DNA from: Squalus acanthias
Lineage: Eukaryota
NCBI GenBank assembly: GCA_030390025.1
Contig: CM059441.1
Location: 67,208,001-67,272,000, forward strand
Direction of reading: 5' to 3'
DNA: 64,000 nt
Shown here: in pieces, positions 49,201 through 62,219 of the stretch
Position numbering within the stretch: position 1 is the stretch's first letter
How the letters are laid out: each line of letters starts with the position of its first letter
Position numbers and translations under genes: made by a program
The notes under the pieces: model-generated
The model's input: only the letters and a program-made list of their open reading frames with translations
What the model was told of the DNA's origin: nothing
Database searches by the model: none

Positions 49201-52200
49201 CTCTCGACAGGATATGGTGAAACTCTCCTTGTCCCACTTGTGTGCAGAAAATAACCACTGCATTGTCAGCAGTGTAGATGGAAGCATAAAATTACAAAGG
49301 GATATTAATAGATTAAGTGGGGCAAAACTGGAGCGGGGTTCGAACCCTGCACCTTCTGACGCACACGGGTGGGAATGCTACCACTAAGACAAAGGCTCGC
49401 TCCTTTTCAATGTATGGCGTTGCTGTTCTGCCAGATGAAGTTTGCTGTGCAAAGAATTTTATACAGAACCAAGACAGCAAGTGGTCCCTGTACTATTGAG
49501 CAGCAATTATAACTCTGTTGATTCCACATTTCATGACCCATCACTTCAGGATTCAAACTTCAATCACTGATTCCTCCCTGGTTGCTTGACTGGAGGTGCG
49601 AATGACTAGAACCCGTTTTGTTAACGCAGGACACCCAGAATAACCCCAGAGTTGTCTGTGAACTTCATTCTGCACCGCACTCTTCAAAATCAATTTCTGT
49701 TATCTTTTGGAGAAAGGACAGTTGTTTGAGCCCTTTCTGTTGTAACACAGTCCCTTCCATATACTCCTAGGATTCTTCACAGAATAAAACCAGCTGGCGT
49801 ACTGATTTCCTGGTAGAGTATACTGGCGAAGGTAGCGACAAGGCAGACCCTCTGTGCCCCCATGTAGGACCTGGTGAGGCTGTAAGTATTCTACAACAAC
49901 TACTTGCATTTACAAAGCATCTAGATAACAGCAGAGGCAGAATCCAATAAATACACATGGGATTTCTCATTTGGAGAGCCTCGGTGTTGCTGCTGTTCCA
50001 GAAAGATTCTCACTAGTGAAGATTTTGCTTTCAAGCAGCTCATTGATCGACTCCGCATTGTGAAACTTTATTCACTGTTGGTAGACAGGATTTATGCAGA
50101 TGAACTAGCATTTGACTAAAGCATTAGCATTGGCTCTCCTGATGGTACAGTGGATAAAGGTACTGCTTGGACCAAGCCATTGCAGGGCAAAAATCCCAGG
50201 TTCCATCCCCTTGTTTGTTTTGAGATAATAAATATGTTACAGGGAGGGTGGAGGAAATTGGGCAGACTTCCCGCTTCTCATCACTAAGCTGCAACTGCTG
50301 AAAGGGTGTCTGGATATCGGGCAAGGGCAGAAGCAGACTTGACTGTGATGCCCCACATGTTCATATAGTTAACCAGCGCTCCCCTGAACACTCATGAAGA
50401 AGGGTCTCTTGTATGAAGTGCTGGAGGGTAATTGGAGCACCTCAAAAACCGTATCCCAGCAAGAGTCCATGTTTGAGGAAGGAGGGAGTGGGTGACATCA
50501 ATAGTTCTAGTTTTACCTGTGGTTAGAAATTTGTTTTGAAAGTTTATATAATCAAAGTTAATGGAGATCACATGTCTTAACAGGCCACACCTGTGAAGTG
50601 GAGTTTGAAAAGTCTTCCAAATGCAACATGTTTTAATTTTTCTTTTTAATGTTTTCTCCATTCCTTAGGAATGTTTTCCTGACTGCGTGTGCGAGGATGC
50701 TTTTAACAACACTTATGCCTGTGTACGGACATTATCTAAAAGCAATTTGCAATACTGTGAATTTGCAGACAGTGAGGTAGGTGCGGTCTCTGTCACATGC
50801 TTGTTTGTGTAAATTTGTTCACCTCCCAACCAAATGTGTGTTCGCCATCTGGCTGTTGCACTTGCCACTTCCTGTAGATTCCAACGTCACAGCATGAACT
50901 CGCTCTGAATTTTTTGTTACTTATTCCTGTGCTCCTCCTGGTTTCAGTTCTTTGTGGAAGTCTATAACTTGACCTCTGACCCGCACCAACTGACCAATAT
51001 TGCCAAAACCGTGGACCCCTTGCTACTTGTGAAGATGAACCAGCGGCTGATAAAGCTCGAGTCTTGTTCAGGCAATGACTGCCGTAGGATCAAGCGAGAA
51101 GATGATGGGTAAGTGCGCACACGGATCATGAGGAAGGTATATTCCTGCAGTCTGAATTTTGCTCTTTTTTGAGGAATTTCCCTTTTTCCCCCCCCCTTGT
51201 TCTATTTTATAATTTTCCTGAAAATTAAGGAGTTTTTCCTGTGGCTTTTGTTCTCCCTTTCCTCACCCCTGCTACATTCCCTCCTACAAAGGCACTGACT
51301 GCTTGCTTGCTGGGCTATGGTACCAAAGGCAGCAGTCACCCTTGTGTCCCTTGCCCGCATTCTTGAGTGCCATTTGAGTGCTTGAAGCATCACAGCTGAG
51401 ACTAATCCTGTCCACCGTGTACCCACACATAAACCGGACTGTGATCGGGGGCAGGGATTGATTCTCTATTCTCTCCGCCCCCAAACTTGGGGGCCCATTG
51501 GTGAATTCTAATGTCTCTGCTACTGCTCTCACTGGGATCAACAACAACTTGTATTTATATAGCTCCTTTAACATAGTAAAGCATCCCAAGGTGCCTCACA
51601 GGAGTGTCCTAAAACAAAATTTGACACTGAGCCTCATAAGGGGAAATTGGGACAGGTGACCAAAAGCTTGGTCAAAGAAGTAGGTTTTAAGGAGCATCTT
51701 AAAGGAGGAAAGAGGAGAGGTTTAGGGAGGGAATTCCAGAACTTTGGGCCTAGGCAGCTGAAGGCATGGCCGCCAGTTGTTGCGTGATTAAAATTGGGAT
51801 TCTCAAGAGGCCAGAATTAGAGGAGCGCAAAGATCTCTGGGCGGGGTGGTGGGGCTGGAGGCGATTAGAGCTAGGGTGGGGTGAGGCAATGGAGACCTTT
51901 GAAAACCAGGAATGGAATTTTGAAATTGAGGCGTTTAACCAGAGCCAATGTAGGTCAGCGAGCACAGGGGTGAACGGGACTTGGTGCGGGTTAGGACTCA
52001 GGCAGCCAAGTTTTGGATGAGCTCAAGTTTACGCAGCGTAGAACGTGGGAGGCCAGCCAGGAGTGCGTTGGAATAGTCAAGTCTAGAGGTAACCGAGGCT
52101 TGGGTGAGCGTTTCAGCAATGGATGAGCTGAGTTGGGGGCGGAGACAGTACTAAGTTCATACAGACTGGAAATGGAAACCAGACTGTGTAACCAGTATCA

Positions 52201-52559
52201 CACTGAGGAATTAAGAAGACAATTCAACTAAAAATCTGTCCTGAACTATCAGTATCTTGCACTTGCCCAGTGAATGTATATAAACCACTTTGTGGCTTGT
52301 CTTTAGCAATTGCCAAATATCAGCCTCTGCAATTAATAAGTAATTCTCATTAAACGTTAACTCTGTTTCTCTCTCCACGGATGCTGCCTGGCCTGAGTGT
52401 ATTTCAGATTTCTAGCATCCGCAGTATTTTGCTATTGCGCTACTCATTTAATCTATGTTGGATTATGGGTCTGTAAAGCGGTCTTTTTGGGGGGTTTTTC
52501 ATGAAATCTCCCTCTAACTATGTGATTATGGTTTTTTTAATTACAGATTTGGTTCCTAG
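28095..52559 (+). CDS. GNS: N-acetylglucosamine-6-sulfatase-like, complete, 14 exons, 502 aa
   Basis: 14 GT-AG exons total 1509 nt in frame; signal peptide, [11 protein letters not shown], sulfatase motif [46 protein letters not shown]. Confidence 0.93.
28653..29090 (+). mobile_element. SacSINE1/DeuSINE-like SINE
   Basis: A box TGGCTCAGTGG, same family as 26520-26971. Confidence 0.78.
32852..33063. mobile_element. Penelope-derived palindromic insertion with 14-bp TSD
   Basis: Perfect 88-bp inverted arms (32849-32936 and 32944-33031); TCATTCAGAATAAA at 32838-32851 and 33064-33077; single arm again at ~61695-61765. Confidence 0.8.
32937..32978 (+). ncRNA. Minimal type I hammerhead ribozyme-like motif
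   Basis: UCAC-CUGAGGA-A-GGGGC/GCUCC stem II-GAAA-GC-UU-GUGA; palindromic AAGCUU in place of stem III. Confidence 0.55.
33916..33975 (+). CDS. GNS: GNS-like exon 2
   Basis: [20 protein letters not shown]. Confidence 0.92.
34552..35232 (+). mobile_element. CR1 LINE 3' fragment
   Basis: [34 protein letters not shown]; (TTCTATG)n tail. Confidence 0.92.
35640..36530 (-). mobile_element. L2 LINE fragment
   Basis: [37 protein letters not shown]. Confidence 0.85.
36604..36807 (+). CDS. GNS: GNS-like exon 3 (formylglycine motif)
   Basis: [23 protein letters not shown]...YAGKYLNK. Confidence 0.95.
38615..38680 (+). CDS. GNS: GNS-like exon 4
   Basis: [22 protein letters not shown]. Confidence 0.92.
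39077..39234. repeat. Perfect 79-bp tandem duplication
   Basis: 39077-39155 is identical to 39156-39234. Confidence 0.95.
40749..40847 (+). CDS. GNS: GNS-like exon 5
   Basis: [15 protein letters not shown]...DYLTDLI. Confidence 0.93.
41205..41540 (-). mobile_element. RTE-clade LINE 3' fragment
   Basis: Same family as 26972-27385. Confidence 0.82.
42359..42526 (+). CDS. GNS: GNS-like exon 6
   Basis: ANRSIEFL...[16 protein letters not shown]...FNVHGK. Confidence 0.93.
42533..43205 (-). mobile_element. CR1 LINE 3' fragment
   Basis: [28 protein letters not shown]. Confidence 0.85.
43325..44164 (-). mobile_element. CR1 LINE 3' fragment
   Basis: Very similar to 23360-24145. Confidence 0.9.
44165..44563. 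repeat. Long inverted repeat (~198-bp arms, 2-nt spacer)
   Basis: Arms pair across 44363-44364 with fewer than ~10 differences. Confidence 0.93.
44856..44938 (+). CDS. GNS: GNS-like exon 7
   Basis: [28 protein letters not shown]. Confidence 0.93.
46728..47205. mobile_element. GC-rich MITE-like remnant followed by a CR1 3' end (47220-47440)
   Basis: GGGGAATTTT terminus like other MITEs in the window. Confidence 0.45.
47501..47619 (+). CDS. GNS: GNS-like exon 8
   Basis: [13 protein letters not shown]...[12 protein letters not shown]. Confidence 0.94.
48473..48576 (+). CDS. GNS: GNS-like exon 9
   Basis: [35 protein letters not shown]. Confidence 0.94.
49056..49154 (+). CDS. GNS: GNS-like exon 10
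   Basis: [17 protein letters not shown]...[10 protein letters not shown]. Confidence 0.93.
49771..49881 (+). CDS. GNS: GNS-like exon 11
   Basis: [21 protein letters not shown]...CPHVGPGEA. Confidence 0.9.
50669..50776 (+). CDS. GNS: GNS-like exon 12
   Basis: [22 protein letters not shown]...YCEFADSE. Confidence 0.94.
50948..51108 (+). CDS. GNS: GNS-like exon 13
   Basis: [20 protein letters not shown]...SCSGNDCR. Confidence 0.93.
51540..52145 (-). mobile_element. L2 LINE 3' fragment
   Basis: LADLHWL..; aacaacaac tail. Confidence 0.82.
52547..52559 (+). CDS. GNS: GNS-like exon 14 (coding part, GFGS-stop)
   Basis: ttacag acceptor; phase-2 join gives G-F-G-S-TAG; followed by ~2.5 kb of repeat-poor UTR-like sequence with several AATAAA. 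Confidence 0.7.
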
Positions 52560-55342
52560 CTGAAGGGATATATATGAAGTTCCTCCCTTTCGTGGATGAT
52601 CTCTGGCAGATTTCATTTGAACGGACAAAATGTACCAGCCTCCATCCACAAAGGAAACACTTACTGTGAATATGCAGGGCCACAAACAAGCCAAGAGATT
52701 ATCAATTGACCAGTGTGCAATAACTCCAATCTGGAAGAACCTGAATTCCAACAGTATCTCTATTGAACATTCCATGCAAGAAACTACTCTATCCTAATTT
52801 GAGACTGTCCCGGTGCCTTTTAGGGAAAACCCAGCAGCTTTTTTTGGGTGATTAATATGGTTCCCACCCTTTCATAGTTGGTACATGTTTGAAAATTCTC
52901 TACTGCATATACCAAGCAACCAGCTTCACCTGGCAACTGAATTGCTTAGCTTTTAGAATATTTTGATTGGTTATTAAGATCAGATTTCCCTCACACCACC
53001 CCCCCCACCCCCTCCTCATCACTGCCTAGTTGTGTTCCTGTTTTACTGAGTATGGTGGGGTTTTTCCCCCTCCTGATTTTACAGTAATTTCCAAGCAGGT
53101 GGCTGAGCTTGTCTTCCACCAAATCAGAATCCTAGGGAGCTCCACTGTATCAAATCAACCAAACAAGAGATTGGTTGATTGGTGTGTGGGGTGACTTCAC
53201 TCTCAACTGGTGCCAAGACCATTGGATTTAAGGGTTGTGGTTGACAGAATTGTTGAAAGGGATACACCTGCACTCTCCTGTGAAATTGCAAGTAACTGAG
53301 CCATCTCCATGTTTTCTGTTTGCTTTCCATAAAGAAGTGTTGGTAGTAGATGAGAGGGCATTTAGTATGGATATTAGCATGCCAAACTCTGCTTTGGTGC
53401 TTTGCTTCACCATGTTGAGCCACTTCATAAACCATCTTGATCATTCAGTGCCTACTCAACTTTTCTGTATGTTGGAAACATTTTGGAGAATTCCTGCATT
53501 GATTTGATGACAGGAGTATAAAACCTGCTGAGAGGAAACTTCTCTTTTTGGAGTAATTGTCTGAAAAATAAAGTGCCTTTTGCTGGATTTACTAAGAGAA
53601 ATCCTTGAAAGGGAAATCAGTGTTGCACAATTATCTCTTTGGGAACTGGGGTTTGTAGCCTGAATTCAGAAGCTTGTTGGATTTCTGTGCTAATAGTGTC
53701 CTTTTGGTATTAATAAGCCCTTTCTCTAAATGTAGGAGAAGGTGACTGATAAGAAATTAAAATGCACAAGTGAATTCTGAATTAAAAATGATTGAGATGA
53801 ATAGTTGTTCAGACTTTGCTTGTTGTTGAAGAGGCTGATTGGTTTGGCTGCCATTTTGCCACAGGTCTGTATTATTTTCCTGTAAGAGTATTAAAAAAAA
53901 AAGCACTGCAGCTGTTTCCAGAGAAATGCAAAGCTGATTGAAACCTGGAGCTGCAGTGCAATGGCTGAATGACCTCCCAGAGTGTGTTCACTTTCTGGGC
54001 TCGATGAACTGGAAATCCAAGCAAATGAGTATTATTTGTGTCCCATGCCTTCAATGTGTTGTGTAAAATCAGTGATGTAAATCAGTGGCAGTATTTAATT
54101 TTAACGAGTTCAGTAAAAATCTTTCAAAACCAATCTGGCTTTAAGTCCATTTTGTGGAAAACTAGTTATCAGAGGTGGCAAGGAGTCTTGTGGAAAAAGC
54201 TGAACGCAGTGGTATCTGGGAGAAAAGGACTAAAATAGTAAATATTTACTACATGGTTATTTAAAAAAAAAATAAACCTTCGCCCTCCTGGCTGTGCAGC
54301 CACTCACTTAAACCTTAGTCAACTGGGAGAGGGTTGCTGCTGTTCGAAATAGTTGCCTTCTGTTTCTCAAGGGTCTTTTGAATGATGTCGTTGTGCTCGT
54401 GCTCGTAACCTAAAGCCTATGTCAAGTAACAAAAGGGTTCTACGCTTCAGGAACTGACCGATTTTTATACAAATTTTTTTTGAAACTAGGTGAGACGATT
54501 CTGTCATTCAGTCAACACTTGATTTAAAATGCTCCTGCTGTGCTAACTGGCCAGATTGGGGATCATCTCTGACAGAAAGGGAAGGGTGATTGTTGTGTGA
54601 TGTTGTTACTGACTGGACAGCATTACAGCTCTAACTAAGATGACCAGGAAACAGTAACTTGGTCTAACAGCAGACAAAGAAGTAAAGAGGTGAGCTGTTG
54701 GGACTGAGCAGTGCTGTTCCATCAGCCGCCTTTTGTGCTGTTAGTACACCTGGGTAGAGCTTTGTGATTTACAGTCCTATAAACCTGATGTGCCAACAAG
54801 CTCCCCCTTGTGAGGTGGAATGTCAAAACATGGGAAACTGGGTCACTACCAGTGATTGTGGGGCAAGTTTTCTGTGTAACTTGCTTGCTTCTCTTACTTT
54901 CTGTTGGCTTGTACCTGCTTTGTGTGCTCTTCACTCACCAACTGCCTTGCAGATTGAATGTTTTTTTTAATTGAACAATAAAATGATATTGATGTTGTTG
55001 GAGTTTTTTTTTTTAAAGATTTCTCCAAGGGCAGCCCTGCCCTTAATAACTAAACACCTGCATATGGAATGGTTTCTGCACTGCAATGTTAAATTAGACT
55101 TACGGCCCGCTGCCATTTGCAGCCCTCACTAGATCTGTTACTAATCTGGATATAAGGGATAACTGAGGCTCCAATTGAACAGCACCAATAAAGAAATCAA
55201 CCTTGCACTTTACTATTTTGCTTGTTTTAAAAATAAAGGGATGCCAAGGAAAGATAGTACCCAGTCAGGTTCTTTCTAAAGCCATTTTCAATTATGGATT
55301 TGCATGCATCATGAAGTAAAACAAAAGAACCAGGGTAGATAT

Positions 55343-56022
55343 GGCCAGAAATTCGGGTTGGAGACTTCCCGCGGGTGCAAGTCCCCGACCTGCACTTACC
55401 TAGCGCGCCTGCCGTTCTCCTGTGGGCCCGCGTGGGATTCCGATCCTGGGCCTCCTCTAGCTGCCGGTGTGCAGTGCTCGCGGATCCCAGGGGCGCAGTT
55501 AGTTCGCAGCGTCCCCTGGATCACGGGCCATGGAGAGCCAATTGGAGCTGGGAATCTCCATTCATAGATTGGACAGGAAGACCTGTCCAATCTATGAAGA
55601 GATTGGCCCCAAAACCTAACTAAAACTTCAATTTTTTTTAAATATCACATTTTTAAAATAACTAAATTACAAACTATTTTAAACCAATTTAAATTTTTGA
55701 AAAAATTAATTTCTGTTTAACAGGGCTAAAAATAAACTCACCTTTCTTTGAAGTATTTAAAAAAGATAAACCTGTAGAAAAAATGTTTAAGTTTCACTTA
55801 ATTCGCCACTTACCTGGTTAAAAGCAGGCCTTGCGCCTGCTTTTTCCCCACGTCGCTGCCACGGACTTACCCTCACGGGCAAACCTGGGAAAAAAAACGC
55901 AGAAGTTCGATGCGTGTGCGCTGCCTCTCCGGCGCACGCGTTTGACCTCCAAACCCCTTCCTTCAAGGGAATGGAAGTTCCAGTTTCCAGCGCATGCGCA
56001 GTGGAAACCTGAATTTCTGCCC
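55343..56022. mobile_element. Non-autonomous DNA transposon (MITE, Harbinger-like termini)
   Basis: TIRs GGCCAGAAATTCGGGTT and AACCTGAATTTCTGCCC; CpG-rich ends, AT-rich core. Confidence 0.7.
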
Positions 56023-56049
56023 CAAGGTGTCTGCTGATCTTTGCTGGAC

Positions 56050-58135
56050 AGCTACAAGGATTGCAATGTCACATCATCCAGGGTTCTGATCTTCCCTTTC
56101 CAGACTTTACTATCTCTTGGGCTAGACTGCCCACTGACTCCCAGAATTGGATTATACTACTTCCCACTCCACTTCATGTAAGGACTCCATTCCCCTCCTA
56201 CTTTCCCATTTCTGCCACAGCGATTCTGATGCCACTTTCCACACCAGAGTTTCCAAAATGTTGTCGTCTTGCTTCTGCCGAGGTTTCCCCTCCATCAATA
56301 TAGATAGGCCCCTTGGCTGTATACATCCCATTTCCCACACCTGCTCTCATACCCATGACAGAATTCCTCTTCCAGCCTCCGCATGCGACAGATCACCTTG
56401 CGCCATTTCTGCCACATCCAACATGATCCCACCACAAAATACACCTTCCACCCTCCCCCGCCCCCCCATCCCCCTCTGCTTTCCGAAGGGATTGTTCCCT
56501 CCATTCAGTCTTCCATCACCCCTGCCACCTGCTCTCCTTCCCATGCAAGTGCAATGGATTCGATACCTGCCCATTCACCTCTTTCCACACCATTATCCAG
56601 ATTTCCGAACACTGCTTGTGTGTGAGACAGATTTACATATACTTCCTCCAACCTAGTACACTATTTGCTGCTTACGGTACGGCCTCTATAGTGGGGAAAC
56701 CGAACACATCATACAACACAGAGGGAGAGCTACCAGTTAGTCCCTGCTTTTCCCCCCATCGTTCTGCAGTTCTATTTTCAGTTACAGGTCCAATTCCCTT
56801 TTGAAAGTTACTATTGAATCTACTTCCACCACCCTTTCAGGTTGTGTATTCTAGATTGTAACTTGCTGCACAAAAATAAAAACTTCTTTTCCACCCCCAC
56901 CCCCTGTCATTACATGCTTCTGCCCCACAAAAATCCTTGCATGCTAGGTAAATGTTGCGGTACATATCTATTATGGGCTTAGATTACATTAGGTTAGGTG
57001 ATCACTGCTGAAAACCACCGTTCTGTTTGCAAGCCTGACCCGCCAAACGCCCTGTGGCTTGCCATTTTAATTGTCTGTCCCACTCCCACTCTGACCTCTC
57101 TGTCTTTGGGCTTCTCCACTGTTCCAATCAAACTCGGCAGAAGCTCGAGGAACAGCAGCTCATCTTTCTATTCAGCTCTCTGGCTTTAACACTGACTTCA
57201 GACAACCATAACTCCCACGTTCTCCCTGGCAAGTAGGTGCTGGCAAAGTGAGATGTGTGCTGGGAGAGGTGGGGGTGACATGGTACTTCAAGAGGAAACT
57301 CTATCCACCGCCCCCTCAAATCAGAACACTACCGCCAGGGTGATCTGCAACCTTGGTGTCGAATTGCTTTTCTTTTTCTCCCGAACACTAGAGACAGCTC
57401 TGCCTTGCCGGTTTTTCATACTTTCTACTTATTCCCCTTTAGCTATTCTTGCTCCGTTTCATGTATGTCTTTTATTTCTTTGATTTCTCTCAATTATGTC
57501 CCTGTTTGTCTCCTGCCAATATCACTTGTGTCATTTAAACATCTCCTGTTCTCCACCTTCACAGGTCACTCTATTTCTTTCCCTGTGTTTGTGTTTTTCC
57601 CTTTCCCTCGCTCACTGACCTACATTGGTTCCCGGTCCACCAATTGCTTCAAATTTAAAATTCTCATCCTTGTGTTCAAATCCCTCCCTATCTCTGTCAC
57701 TGCCTCCAGCCCTCCTCCAATTCTCATCTCTTGCCATCCCCAACTTCCTTCACGCCTCCATTGGCCGCGATGCCTTCAACCGTCTAGGCCCTAAACTCTG
57801 GAATCCCCTCCTTGAAACCTCTTCTGCCTCCCTATGACCCTCCTTAACCCTACCTCTTTGGCCAAGTCACCCTTCCAATTCCTCATATCTCCTTTGGCTC
57901 AGTATTTATTTTTGTCCACTTGCCCGTCTGTGAAACATTTTGGGAAGTTTTCCTACCTTTAAAGGTGCTATATAAATGCAGGTTGTTCTATTCCTTTTTA
58001 AATTCTGTTCATCTGTAATGTCTTCCAGTTCTGAGGGAAGGTCTCGGACCCGACGCATCAAATTCTATTTCTCCACAGATGCTGAGTATTTCCAGCTTTT
58101 TGTTTCATATTTCCAGCATCTGTAGTGTTTTTTTT
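56050..58135 (+). mobile_element. Fragmented Penelope-like element with nested CR1 and L2 pieces
   Basis: Degenerate PTDS..DYTSH..CKDSIP and YxGET-like segments and a terminal repeat at 58025-58135; L2 at ~57620-57985. Confidence 0.6.
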
Positions 58136-59509
58136 GTTGACAATCCAATTGTTCTGCTCCAAACAGCTCTCGACACTCTGGTGAGAGTGTTTGCGATTAA
58201 GATCAGGGACTGAGCTACCTCCCTGGTGCTGGTTTGTTGAACTGAACCTATGCAAAGTGCAGAGCTGAGGTCAGAAGCAGGGCCTCTGTAACTGAACAAT
58301 AGCTCATTTTCACAAACTTTTGCATTGCGAATCACAAACACCCGACTAGGAGCTGAGGTGAGAAGCTATTGACACCGTGTCCTTGGGGAACTGGCACAGG
58401 AAGCTTTGCCGTCACGGAGGAATTGTGGAAAAACCTGTTGGATGTTTCATTCTAAAAAATGGTAATAGTTTACGTTCTTATTTGACTTTTTACTATTGTA
58501 AAATGGTGACCTCCTCAGGCTAGGGGAGATTGAGCTGTGAAAGATCTATTGACACTCGCGGACTCAGGTGTCCCGCGGTGTCGCAAATAAAAGAGTTGGC
58601 TTAGAAAGTGACACAAGACTGAGCACAGTTGGATCAGAGACATCTGAAAATATTCATGCAGTGAAACTCGGCTCAAACTTGGTACCTGCAAAGCATTCTA
58701 AACTACAAAATAACGAGTGCTGTCTCCGAAGTAGTTTAAAAAAAAATATTTCAGCTATCTAGGATGTAGTGTAAAGTACCTTAAATTTAATGGGACAATT
58801 TAGTAGCAGGGCATCATTGGTAAAGTAGGAGTTTTTCATTTTTCTGGTACAGCGTGCCATGTTCATGTTGATGGTGACATTTGTTCTTTGAGGTATTTTT
58901 CTCCTTTTCGCTCTCATTGCACTGTGCCAGATATCCAATTCAGAGGCTGTGACCTGATCTGAAGCCTCCATTGAAAGCTGCCGTTGACCAAATCCCAACT
59001 CCGAATAACTCTGCCTAAACCCATTCCTCCCGTATCTCCTGGAATCTGCTCGGTGCTTCAGCACAATTTGGACCCAGAGTCCGCACTGGGAGAATTCTGT
59101 GACACTGCATGTTGTGATACAGCCACAGTCGTTTCTAACCACAGATAACAAATTTAACAGTAAATAAGAACTGATAAGAGCAATGAAAAGATACCAGTTG
59201 TACTGTGCCAGTTGTACTGTCTTCAGCACACAGTTTTACCTCATAGTTAGCTGTGAAGGTTCATTGACAGAAGATACTAAAAATTTGCTGTTTAAGAATG
59301 TTTGTTCCCGTGAGGTTTTTGGGGATTATTTTCTGGACTCACTCAGTGACAAAACTCGGCTGTTTATTATTGTCAATAATATATTTTGGAATTAGCTGAC
59401 AGGCCAGTGTCTAAGATATTATCTGTATCTAGCTGATTACAATATAGCGAGTTGATGCATCTCCATTTACTGTGAATGAGCTGTGCAGTTGTTTCCAAAT
59501 TTTGAATTG

Positions 59510-59840
59510 TTCTCTGTAACTTTCTCCAGCCCTACAGCTCTCCAAAATCTCTGTGTTCCTCCAATTCTGGCCTCTTGTGCATCCCTGATTTCCATCACCT
59601 CACCATTGGCGGCCGTGCCTTCAGCTGTCGAGGCCCCAAGCTCTGGAATTCCTTCCCTAAACCTCTCCGCCTCTCCTCCTTTGACAAGCTCCTTAAAACC
59701 TACCTCTTTGACCAAGCTTTTGGTCACCTGTCCTAATATTATCTTACATGGCTTGGTGTCAAATTTTGTCTGACAGCGCTCCTGTGAAGCACCTTGAGAT
59801 ATTTTACTATATTCGAGGCACTATATAAATGCAAGTTGTT
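59510..59840 (+). mobile_element. L2 LINE 3' end
   Basis: ggcactatataaatgcaagttgtt tail. Confidence 0.78.
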
Positions 59841-60149
59841 ATGGAGTTAGGTCACAGATCAGCCATGACCTCATTGAATGGCAGAACAGGCTTGAGGGGT
59901 GAAATTGCCAACTCCTGTTCCATTGTTGATCAAAACTTGACTCATTTCTCTAATCCACCAAATTCAGATGAAATTGGGTCTCAGTTGCCATCTCAGCTTA
60001 TTCTGTGAAAGGCCAAATCAACATCTACCACTTAAGCTAGCAAAGCAAAATTAGTACCATCACTGGGGAAATATTCACATACCAAAACATGTAAATCCAA
60101 AGATAAAATCTGGATCCAAACCATCCCAACCAACAGGTAAGAATTTTAC

Positions 60150-60445
60150 CAAGGTTACTTTGATAGCACCGACCAGCCCCGTGACCTCCACCACTGAAAA
60201 GGACAAGAGCAGCAAATTCACAGGAACACCATCACCTCCAAGACCCACACCATCCTAACAAAGACATTTGTCACTTTGTTTATTGTCGCTGGGTCAATAT
60301 CCTGGAATTCCCTAACTAACGTCAATGGGGGAGCACCATCACCGCAAGGACTTCAGCAATTCAAGAAGGCCCAGCACCACTTTCTCAGGGCGACTCGGGA
60401 TGGGCAATAAATATGGCGTTGCCAGTGGTGGCCAAATCCCATGAA
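60150..60445 (+). mobile_element. LINE 3' end (CR1-superfamily-like)
   Basis: tcctggaattcccta..ttcaagaaggc..caccac..gggcaataaat pattern. Confidence 0.5.
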
Positions 60446-60994
60446 ATTTTTGAAAAGGGGTGGGAATTCTGAATTAAAATAATTCAAAGTAATTGTTCCA
60501 ATGCTCAGAATGGTTCTGTTGCTGAACTATGGCATTCTTATCTCGGTGCATGAATCCTCCATTTAACATGAAACCCAGAAACCATTCCATGTCCAACACT
60601 CTTAACCCACACATTGATTGTCACAGCCATGAATTAATGTACCGTTTGTACTACATATTGAATAATAAGGGTTTCTGTGCCCTTCACAGTTTGCATTTCC
60701 TCACAGTCTCACTCTTGTCCCTTTCATGATTATTTATCACAATGGTTTTCATTTGCTCTGAAGGAATTTTCTTCAAGTTTATTTTTATATAGAAAGCTGC
60801 TTCAATACAAGACCAAACTGAGTTGGGCAAATTGTGGTCAGCGTTCAGGCCTGAGATTAAAACGCTCTTTCCATCTGCCATTCATAATGATCATAATTTA
60901 ATGATTTAATAAAATGTATAATAATTATTTCTGTCCTCTTTTCAGAATCTCCCCAAACCTTGGAATTTGAAAAATATGTGAGTATAATATTACC

Positions 60995-61300
60995 CACAAT
61001 GTGCATGCATAAAATGTGTATGTGAGAGAGCGACTTTCTGTGAGAGTGAGAGATTGTGTAAGAGCGATTATGTGTGTCAGTGTGAGAGTGTGCGTGAGAG
61101 AGAAATTGTGTGTCGGAAAGATTGTATATATGTGTGAGTGAGAAAGTTGATTGTGAGTGGGTGCATGTGTCTATGATAGCATGTGAGAGAGTGTGTATGA
61201 GAGAGTGTGTGTGTGTGTCTGCGTGTGTACACACATGCTTGAGAGTGTGTTTGAGTGAGTGTATGTGGGAGTGTTTGGGTGTTTGAGAGTGTATGAAAGT
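60995..61300. repeat. Degenerate (TG)/(AG) low-complexity tract
   Basis: Direct inspection. Confidence 0.85.
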
Positions 61301-62219
61301 GAAATCATAGCTTTAGAATCAATGAACTGGTAAAAGTGTAGATACCAACTCACAGGTAACTGCAGATAGAGGAGCAGAAGGAGTGTACGGGAGTGAACTT
61401 TGATGTTCTCAGACCCTGCAGCACACTCCCACGCAGTTGGTGTTTTTTCTTTGTTACCCTTCGTCTCCTGAAGACACTGGCTCTTGTTTCAGTTGCCAGC
61501 TCCCTCTGGTGCCTCACCCCAGTGGCCATTCCTCGTGCGTGAGTTTGACAGTGTGGGTTGATAAGCTATGCAGCTGTGGACAATATCCAAGCTATACCAG
61601 ATCCTGACCTCACCCAACATCCATGGACATATATTTTCCAGCAGGGGTCATGGGATAGTGATCAAGAGTGGGAATCATGGCTATATTTTTTCCAAAATTG
61701 AGAGGTCGCACAACACCAGGTTATAGTCCAACAGTTTTATTTGAAATCACAAGCTTTCGGAGCTTACTACTCCTTCGTCGGGATGGTTAGGACAAGAATA
61801 TCTGCCTAACTGCTGCCTGGCTGAGATCAGCTAACTCAGCATGAACTGTTTTATAGAATGCTCACAAAAGATGGTATCAGAGTATAAGTCCTGGCTGCTC
61901 CTACCTTGTTTCCATTACCAAGTATTGCTGCTTGAAGAAAGAAAGAAGAAAGAAAGACTTGCTTTTATACAGCACCTTTCACGACCACCGGACATCCCAA
62001 AGCGCTTTACAGCCAATTAAGTACTTTTGAGGTGTAATCACTGTTGTAAGGTAAATTCTGATCGATATAATGTCACCTGGTATTTCATAGTCTAATTTTG
62101 ACATATAGAGCTGGTACGGGAACTTCCCATTTGCTAATATAGTAACGACACGCAAAGACCGAGAGAGAAAGAATGTATCTCATATTCCTGGTATCCTATT
62201 AGTGGTCCACCAACAGATT

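Noticed and set aside
58759-59229. 156-aa minus-strand ORF
   Set aside because: No recognisable domain, non-ATG start and no convincing exon structure.
60857-61353. His/Thr-rich ORFs
   Set aside because: They are translations of a (CA)/(CT) low-complexity tract.
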